Source: a bacterium
GTDB lineage: Bacteria; Zhuqueibacterota; Zhuqueibacteria; Oceanimicrobiales; Oceanimicrobiaceae
NCBI GenBank assembly: GCA_046758365.1
Contig: JBHIAC010000065.1
Location: forward strand, 1 to 17,215
Direction of reading: 5' to 3'
DNA: 17,215 nt
Below are positions 8,351 to 14,706 of the stretch, one piece after another. The notes under the pieces were generated by a model that made no database searches, was not told the DNA's origin, and saw only the letters and a program-made list of their open reading frames with translations. Within the stretch, counting starts at the first letter, position 1; each line of letters starts with the position of its first letter. Made by a program: the position numbers and the translations under genes.

Positions 8351-10168
8351 ATGAAAGTTAAACTCTTCTTGTTTTTATTTGCAACCATTGGATTTTTATA
8401 CGCTGGTAGTAACTATCCGTTTAATAATACAACCCAAAATGATTTTGAGAAAATACTTTACACGGTAAGCATAGATGATAAAAACTATGAGTACTTTAGA
8501 GTAAAAATCGAAGTAAATAAATTAGACACAGAAGTATTGATATTTCGTATGCCACTTTGGGCTCCAGGCTCGTACCAGTTAAGAAAATATTACGAAAACG
8601 TTCACAATTTCCGGGCTTTTGACAAGTCCGGTAAAAATTTATATATTCAAAAAATTAGTGAAGATGGATGGCAGGTAAGGGCTTCTGGTAATTACGTTAT
8701 TATTGAATATGAAGTAAAACCTGCATTTGAAATTTGGTCAGGGAAAGGCTTGGATTCTTCCTATGCTCTGGTTCAAGGGCCAAGCGTATTTATGTATATT
8801 GAGGGGAAAAAATCCAATCCTATTCTGGTTAAGTATATAATACCCGAAGGGTGGAAAATTGCTTCGCCATTAAAGCAAATGAATGGCAATAATATTTTTT
8901 ATTCAGATAATTATGATTTCTTGATTGATGCGCCGACCCAATTGGGATATTTTAAAAAATATAGTTTTATTTTGCAGGAGGTGCCCTTTGATATAATTTT
9001 TTATGGTAATACCGATTTTTCAGTGGACAGCTTTCTTGTGATGGTGAAAAAGGTTTGTGATTATCAAATAGACTTATTCGGTGAAATACCCTTTGAAAAA
9101 TTTATTTTTTTTTATAAATTACTGCCGTGGCGTAGAAATGGGGGTGGACTTGAACATTTAAATTCAACAACCATAGGTCTTTCAAGTGAATTGTTAAATC
9201 ATGGTGTAACTAATGCAGCTCAAGTCACGGCTCATGAGTTTTTTCATGTGTGGAATGTTAAAAGAATACATCCTAAAGGATTGGGCCCTTTTGATTACTC
9301 AAAAGAAACTCGAACCAAAGCGTTATGGTTTTGTGAAGGTGTAACCAGTTATTATGAAGCATTGACTCTTGTTCGAACAAAGATTTGGAATAAGGAGAGG
9401 TTTATTGATGAGTTTGAAAAACAAATTGAATTGCTCCTGGAAACGGCTGAACGGCATAAAACAAGTGTGGAACGAGCCAGTTGGACTATTTGGGAACGCG
9501 GCTACGGCTATCCAGGTGTTTCTTTTTATAATAAAGGGCAGATTTTAGGGCTTCTTATTGATTTAAAAATTAGACAAGCCACAAATAATAGATTTAGCTT
9601 AGATGATGTTATGCGTTTTTTGAATTGGTGGTTTGCCAAGGAGAACGTAGGTTTTGAACCCGGAGATATTAAACGCGCCATAAGTGCTATAAGCCAAAAG
9701 AATTTCTCAGAATTTTTTGATAAATATATTTCTGGAACCGTGGAACTTCCTTATGAAAAAATATTAGCCTACGCAGGCTTTAATATAGCGATCAAGAAAA
9801 AGTGGATTCCTAACATTGGTAGGCTTTATTTTGTCGGCCCACGAAATCGAGTCGTAACAGTAGAGGCTAACAGCCCTTGTGAAGAGGCCGGTTTAAGAAG
9901 AAGGGATTACATTTTATCAATCGATGAAAAAGAAGTTTCTTCGATCCGCCAAGTACAGCAAATCGTGAAAGAAAAAGAAATTGGCTCTAAATTAATATTA
10001 AAAATTTTAAGAGATGGGGTTGAATTGAGTTTACCGGTTGAAGTTGGAAAGAAAGAGAAGGTTGACTGTGAAATCGAGCCTATAAAAAATCCCACTGAAT
10101 TACAATTGAAAATTCAGGAAGGTTTGCTTAATGAATGGAATCGTTATACTGATAGCATTCCAAATTGA
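8351..10168 (+). CDS. M61 family glycyl aminopeptidase with C-terminal PDZ domain
   Basis: Signal-peptide-like N terminus, MPLWAPGSY, GGGLEH, Zn motif HEFFHVWNVKRIHP (9233-), WFCEGVTSYY and YNKG. PDZ-like segment VEANSPCEEAGLRRRDYILSID. Confidence 0.93.
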   Translation: MKVKLFLFLFATIGFLYAGSNYPFNNTTQNDFEKILYTVSIDDKNYEYFRVKIEVNKLDTEVLIFRMPLWAPGSYQLRKYYENVHNFRAFDKSGKNLYIQKISEDGWQVRASGNYVIIEYEVKPAFEIWSGKGLDSSYALVQGPSVFMYIEGKKSNPILVKYIIPEGWKIASPLKQMNGNNIFYSDNYDFLIDAPTQLGYFKKYSFILQEVPFDIIFYGNTDFSVDSFLVMVKKVCDYQIDLFGEIPFEKFIFFYKLLPWRRNGGGLEHLNSTTIGLSSELLNHGVTNAAQVTAHEFFHVWNVKRIHPKGLGPFDYSKETRTKALWFCEGVTSYYEALTLVRTKIWNKERFIDEFEKQIELLLETAERHKTSVERASWTIWERGYGYPGVSFYNKGQILGLLIDLKIRQATNNRFSLDDVMRFLNWWFAKENVGFEPGDIKRAISAISQKNFSEFFDKYISGTVELPYEKILAYAGFNIAIKKKWIPNIGRLYFVGPRNRVVTVEANSPCEEAGLRRRDYILSIDEKEVSSIRQVQQIVKEKEIGSKLILKILRDGVELSLPVEVGKKEKVDCEIEPIKNPTELQLKIQEGLLNEWNRYTDSIPN

Positions 10169-10221
10169 TTAGAATAATTGCTGATGAATTGAAATTTTTA
10201 TGTCAAACAGAGGAAAATAAT

Positions 10222-10947
10222 ATGTCTGATAACACCAACGTAAAACCGTATTTAATTCGAATTAAAAATTGGAAAATTAGAAATATTGTGATGTTGTATT
10301 TAGAAGCTAAGGAAAAGTTTAAAACCTATCGTCGAATGATACGAAGCGGTGTGTTTATTTCATTTGAAAGGATGAGAGAAATCTGTGATATTTTGTATGA
10401 AATAAAAGAGGAACATCACCTTATTTTTAAAAAGCTTATAAACCCTAAAAAAAAGAAATTTGAAAAAGCTCACAAAATTATGCCTGATGAAATTGAGACA
10501 AATTTTATGAACAATATTGGACTGCTTTTTCACAAAGTTATGTTAGCCCGAGAATTGATATATTTAATGGAACACTATGTCGAAGAAAGTGAAGCTTTCC
10601 AAAAAAGTAAAGAAGATTTACAATTTCATTTGCGAAAGATTGATTCTCTTTTTGATGAAGGTATTGAAATATTAAAAAACCTAGTCGGTCAATATAAGGA
10701 TAACATTCTTTTGCTAACACTTTTATTAGAGAATCCAGATCAGACAAAAAAGAGTTTTGGAAAGAATGCCGTGGAAATCATTGAGCAATTTGCTGATGGC
10801 AAAGATTTGGATGAAGTCTATTATTCCGTCGGTAAATTTTACGCTGATTGTGGGTGGCAGGAAAAGGCCAAAAATATGTTAAAAGAAGCCTTGAAAAGAA
10901 ATCCGAATCATCAAAATGCGCAACAATATTTAACAAATTTAAGGTAA
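10222..10947 (+). CDS. Hypothetical alpha-helical protein with a C-terminal TPR-like repeat
   Basis: ATG 10222 follows AGAGGA. The C terminus VYYSVGKFYADCGWQEKAKNMLKEALKRNPNHQNAQQYL fits a TPR. The N-terminal ~200 aa are unrecognised. Confidence 0.75.
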   Translation: MSDNTNVKPYLIRIKNWKIRNIVMLYLEAKEKFKTYRRMIRSGVFISFERMREICDILYEIKEEHHLIFKKLINPKKKKFEKAHKIMPDEIETNFMNNIGLLFHKVMLARELIYLMEHYVEESEAFQKSKEDLQFHLRKIDSLFDEGIEILKNLVGQYKDNILLLTLLLENPDQTKKSFGKNAVEIIEQFADGKDLDEVYYSVGKFYADCGWQEKAKNMLKEALKRNPNHQNAQQYLTNLR

Positions 10948-10975
10948 TAATTTAATAGAATCTTGAAAAAAATAC

Positions 10976-11003
10976 TTGACATTTTCGATATTTAATTTAA
11001 ATT
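10976..11003 (+). promoter_or_regulatory. Sigma70-type promoter
   Basis: TTGACA (10976-10981), 16-bp spacer, TAAATT (10998-11003), with an A-rich UP-like tract upstream. Confidence 0.65.
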
Positions 11004-11009
11004 GTGTGA

Positions 11010-11102
11010 TGTGTTACAGAGATTCGAAAATTTCTGAAATAATCTAAGGAGGAAAATGGAGGGAGGATGTGAAGGCATGGCCAAGACGGCCATGCCTTTT
11101 TT
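11010..11102 (+). ncRNA. Candidate GGA-rich small RNA or attenuator leader
   Basis: Bounded by the promoter and a strong terminator. Contains a 5' hairpin (11017-11036) and five GGA triplets in 11048-11067. The 5' end is estimated. Confidence 0.45.
11072..11102 (+). terminator. Intrinsic terminator
   Basis: Perfect 11-bp stem AAGGCATGGCC/GGCCATGCCTT with loop AAGAC, followed by a T tract. Confidence 0.85.
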
Positions 11103-11172
11103 GTTTTGATTTAATTGAGTCTTCTGCAAATCAGAAAATTGAAACCTTAATCTATATTACATTAATAAGCTC

Positions 11173-12351
11173 ATGTCTGATTATCACAAAAAATGCACTG
11201 TAATCCATTATGGTGAAATCGCTCTCAAGGGAGGAAATCGTAGCTTTTTTGAGGCGCAGCTTAGAAAAAACATTAAAAAAGCCTTAAAGGGTTTTGAGAT
11301 TGAGAGTATTGAGCGTCTTCAAGGTAGAATGCTGGTTTATTTGACCGACAATACCCATGAGAAGGCGGTAGCAGAGAAACTTACAAAAGTATTCGGCATC
11401 ACCCATTTTAGTTTTGGGTTTGCAGTTTCAAAGGTTTTAGACGAAATTAAAGAAGCGGCTTGGTCTCTTTTAAAAAATAAAACCTTCAGCTCATTCAAAA
11501 TTGACACCCGCAGGGCACAGAAAGAATTTCCAATGACCTCTGTGGAAATTAATAAGGCGATAGGGGCTTATGTTCAGGAGCGCAGTGGCAAAAAAGTTGA
11601 TTTGACAAATCCTGAGGTCACCTGTTTTATTGAAATTGCCGGCCCTTATGCTTTAATATATATTTATAAAATCGCTGGTCTGCGTGGTTTACCCGTAGGC
11701 GTGAGTGAAAGAGCTGTGAGTTTGCTTTCGTCCGGTATCGATTCTCCTGTGGCTTCTTATACCATGCTAAAACGTGGGGTTGATTTAATTTATGCGCATT
11801 TTCACAGTCAACCCTTTACAAGTAAGGCCTCTCAGGAAAATAGTGAGAATTTAGTCAAAATACTAAACCAGTTTCAATTTCGTTCAAAAATCTATTTTGT
11901 GCCGTTTATTGAAATCCAAAAAGAAATCATGGCCAAGGCTCCGACAGAATTGCGGGTACTGTTGTACCGTCGCAACATGGTTCGACTGGCGGAACGCATC
12001 GCTGAAATCGAAAAAGCCAAAGCTTTAGTTACTGGTGAAAGCGTTGGCCAGGTAGCCTCTCAAACCTTAAGCAATTTAAGGGTGGTGAGTGAGGTGACAT
12101 CGTTACCGATTCTTAGACCTCTCGCAGGATACGATAAAGAAGAGATCATCCAATTGGCAAAAGAAATAGGGACTTATGAAATCTCCATTGAACCTTACGA
12201 AGATTGCTGTTCGCTTTTCGTGCCAAAGCACCCAGAAACCAGTGCAGAACCCAAAACACTTGCAAATGCAGAAAAACTGTTGGAGGTCCGGGATTTGATG
12301 GATAGGGCCCTGAAAGAAGCGGAGGTTAAGGTCTTAAATTATGGAGATTAA
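11173..12351 (+). CDS. thiI: tRNA 4-thiouridine(8) synthase ThiI, short form without rhodanese domain
   Basis: HYGEIALKGGNR, a THUMP region (FKIDTRR...VDLTNP), GLRGLPVG, PP-loop LLSSGIDSPVA, TGESVGQVASQT, RPLAGYDKEEI and EDCC. Confidence 0.95.
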   Translation: MSDYHKKCTVIHYGEIALKGGNRSFFEAQLRKNIKKALKGFEIESIERLQGRMLVYLTDNTHEKAVAEKLTKVFGITHFSFGFAVSKVLDEIKEAAWSLLKNKTFSSFKIDTRRAQKEFPMTSVEINKAIGAYVQERSGKKVDLTNPEVTCFIEIAGPYALIYIYKIAGLRGLPVGVSERAVSLLSSGIDSPVASYTMLKRGVDLIYAHFHSQPFTSKASQENSENLVKILNQFQFRSKIYFVPFIEIQKEIMAKAPTELRVLLYRRNMVRLAERIAEIEKAKALVTGESVGQVASQTLSNLRVVSEVTSLPILRPLAGYDKEEIIQLAKEIGTYEISIEPYEDCCSLFVPKHPETSAEPKTLANAEKLLEVRDLMDRALKEAEVKVLNYGD

Positions 12352-12382
12352 TTGTAGTATAGGGGTATAAGGAAATTAAAAA

Positions 12383-13417
12383 ATGCCATCGGTAGGTATC
12401 ATTGAAATAACCCGCTTCGGTCCACCAGAAGTTTTAAAAATACGCCAAGAACCGATTCCAGAAATCGGGGCTGAAGAGGTGCTGATTCAAGTCAAAGCTA
12501 TTGGATTGAATTTTGCGGATATATTCGAGCGTTTGGGACTTTACCAAGCCGCTCCCAAAGCTCCTTTTGTACCCGGATTTGAGGCGACTGGCGTCATTGA
12601 GAAGGTTGGACAGCGCGTCCATAATTTTAAACCTGGTCAAAGAGTCATCGCGGTCACTCGATTTGGTGCTTATAAGACCTACTTGAAAGTAAAGCAAAAT
12701 TTTATTCACCAACTTCCGTCAGATTTTTCTTTTGAAGAAGGGGCTGGATTCCCTACCACGTATTTGACAGCCTACCATGGTTTATTTAATTTAGGCCATT
12801 TGCAAAAAGGAGAAAAAGTCGTAATTCACGCCGCGGCAGGAGGGGTGGGCACCGCGGCTGTTCAACTGTTGCAGATTTATGACGCAGAAATTTTTGCCAC
12901 CTGCGGTTCAGAAGCCAAGGTTGATTTTCTTAAAAACATGGGGGTCCAGCATATCATTAATTACAAAACTCAGGATTTTGAAAAAGAAATTCGTAAAATA
13001 AACCAGGGCGGAGGGGTAGATGTAATTATGGATTCGGTTGGCGGTTCAACCTTTAGAAAGGGCTACAATTTGTTGAATCCTATGGGACGCCTGGTGATTT
13101 TTGGCCTGGGGAGTATGATGCCAACAGGTAAGCGACCCAATTGGATTAAGCTGGCTTACCAGTATCTTACCTTACCTCGATTTAACCCATTTAAGATGAT
13201 GCCGGATAACAAAACTATTGCGGCTTTTCACTTAGCGTATATGTTTGACTATGTGAAGGATTTTCGACTGGCGTTTGATTCGTTATTGAAATGGGCCAAT
13301 GAAGGGAGGCTTCGACCGGTGATTGGCAAGACCTTTCCCTTTGAACAGGCAGCAGAGGCTCAAACTTATCTTCAAAGTCGCAAAAGTATTGGCAAGGTAA
13401 TTTTGAAAGTTGAATAA
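12383..13417 (+). CDS. MDR-family NAD(P)H:quinone oxidoreductase (VAT-1/zeta-crystallin-like)
   Basis: FGPPEVL, GLNFADIFERLGLY, PFVPGFE, HAAAGGVGTAAVQL, DSVGG and SRKSIGKVIL. It lacks the Zn-binding cysteines of alcohol dehydrogenases. Confidence 0.92.
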   Translation: MPSVGIIEITRFGPPEVLKIRQEPIPEIGAEEVLIQVKAIGLNFADIFERLGLYQAAPKAPFVPGFEATGVIEKVGQRVHNFKPGQRVIAVTRFGAYKTYLKVKQNFIHQLPSDFSFEEGAGFPTTYLTAYHGLFNLGHLQKGEKVVIHAAAGGVGTAAVQLLQIYDAEIFATCGSEAKVDFLKNMGVQHIINYKTQDFEKEIRKINQGGGVDVIMDSVGGSTFRKGYNLLNPMGRLVIFGLGSMMPTGKRPNWIKLAYQYLTLPRFNPFKMMPDNKTIAAFHLAYMFDYVKDFRLAFDSLLKWANEGRLRPVIGKTFPFEQAAEAQTYLQSRKSIGKVILKVE

Positions 13418-13490
13418 AGTAGAATGAGGAATATAAATGGGAAGGAGTGAATAATATAATCCAATATGGTTTATTGCCATATCTGAATAT

Positions 13491-13688
13491 ATGATATCTT
13501 TATTCTCTAGAGACAATCCATATTTTTCTTACCGAGTCACAATTTTATTAACCTTGTTGGTAATAACACCCCTAGGCTTTGCCAGCAAATTTTACCGAGG
13601 TCCCGCCGCCTGGTGGTTTAACAATCATCTCGGTGGACTCTTGTATGAAATCTTTTGGATTTTGCTCATTAAAAGTAAGAAACAATAA
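13491..13688 (+). pseudogene. Truncated DUF2809-like membrane protein
   Basis: LLVITPLGFASKFYRGPAAWWFNNHLGGLLYEIFWILL resembles the N-terminal half of DUF2809 proteins as I recall them. The frame then ends in A-rich sequence after 65 aa. Confidence 0.55.
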
Positions 13689-13712
13689 TTATTAAAAATT
13701 AAGGATAAATGC

Positions 13713-13741
13713 TTGCTTTTTTAAAAACAATATGGTATATT
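13713..13741 (+). promoter_or_regulatory. Sigma70-type promoter with extended -10, for the cold-shock gene
   Basis: TTGCTT (13713-13718), 17-bp spacer, TATATT (13736-13741), with TG at 13733-13734. Confidence 0.65.
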
Positions 13742-13747
13742 GATAGC

Positions 13748-13950
13748 CGTAATTAACAGTACATCGTTTTTACGCCTTTTCACGTGTTTAGCTGCTGAGG
13801 TTTTTTGTAAGACCGTGCACGCCGAACAAAAGATGATCGCGGTGAATGAGGCCCAAAAAGTGGGTATGCATTCAAAGCAATTTTTTGGGGGGAAAACAGG
13901 CTAAAATCTGGATGTACGGAACAAAAAATCTCAAAAAGAGGATTTTTTTA
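13748..13950 (+). promoter_or_regulatory. Long structured 5' leader of the cold-shock gene
   Basis: About 200 nt between the promoter and the ATG. Contains nested complementary segments and a hairpin covering the SD sequence (13923-13948). Confidence 0.5.
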
Positions 13951-14157
13951 ATGGAAACAGGTACTGTAAAATGGTTCAACAACTCTAAGGGTTATGGTTT
14001 CATCTCCAGAGAAGAGGGGGATGATGTATTTGTCCATTTCAAAGCTATTGTTGGGGATGGTTACAAATCCCTGGACGAAGGCGACCGAGTTCAGTTTGAA
14101 GTGGAACAAGGCCCTAAAGGGTTACAGGCAACAAACGTTTCAAAGGTAGAATCTTGA
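13951..14157 (+). CDS. Cold-shock protein (CspA family), 68 aa
   Basis: [18 protein letters not shown]...DVFVHF...[24 protein letters not shown] with RNP1 and RNP2. SD AGAGGA lies upstream, so the true start is 13951, not 13846. Confidence 0.97.
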   Translation: METGTVKWFNNSKGYGFISREEGDDVFVHFKAIVGDGYKSLDEGDRVQFEVEQGPKGLQATNVSKVES

Positions 14158-14170
14158 TCTTGTTAGCCAC

Positions 14171-14199
14171 ACCCCAGTCAATTTTGGCTGGGGTTTTTT
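14171..14199 (+). terminator. Intrinsic terminator after csp
   Basis: Stem ACCCCAGTCA/TGGCTGGGGT (one G-U pair) with loop ATTT, then a T tract. Confidence 0.85.
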
Positions 14200-14581
14200 G
14201 TTTTAAAATGTTTCGCTCACCATTTACATTAGAACAACCAATAAAAGATTTGAATGAAGCGAGAGCAGCGTTCATCACCAGGGAGGGAATTTGTGAATAA
14301 ACAAGATCTATTTTGGATTTGTCATTTAAAATTGAACTAGAGATTGTATTATAAAGCGTAATAAATTTAAAAATTTATAGAAAAACATAAATATCCCTTT
14401 TCAAAACAAGGAAAAAGTCCGCACTTTTTTTCTCAAACTTAAGAATCACCACTTCAATTTTTCTTAAAGTTGGGAGTGGATGATTATTCCCCATTATTAC
14501 CAATAAAAAACAGACATTTAAAATTAATCACTTAAGCCATTTAATTTATTCTTTTTATTTAGAATAGGGTTGGTCTAGTGT

Positions 14582-14610
14582 TTGCTTTTTTTATAATTTA
14601 TTTATATATT
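14582..14610 (+). promoter_or_regulatory. Putative sigma70-type promoter for the transketolase-like gene
   Basis: TTGCTT (14582-14587), 17-bp spacer, TATATT (14605-14610). The AT-rich context lowers specificity. Confidence 0.45.
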
Positions 14611-14706
14611 TTGTCTGTGTGATTCCGTGAGCTACGTGGAGAACTGTTATATTAATTCTTTGTTGCGATTTACATTCAATTTAGTTTAAATATGGAGAAT
14701 GGCCCA

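Noticed and set aside
10165..10221. TTG start for the TPR protein
   Set aside because: ATG 10222 has an AGAGGA ribosome-binding site, which the earlier start lacks.
11003..11020. CRP/Rex-like operator TGTGA-N6-ACAGA near the candidate sRNA start
   Set aside because: The right half-site is a poor match and there is only one instance, which is too weak to call.
198..13516. Short ORF-track entries 198-392, 2569-2799, 3708-3908, 4362-4601, 6797-7087, 6817-7008, 7376-7600, 9907-10095, 10538-10747, 12434-12712 and 13283-13516
   Set aside because: They are antisense or out-of-frame shadows of well-supported genes and have no recognisable motifs.
13846..13950. 35-aa N-terminal extension of the cold-shock protein
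   Set aside because: The Csp domain begins at ATG 13951 with its own SD. The upstream sequence is better explained as 5' UTR.
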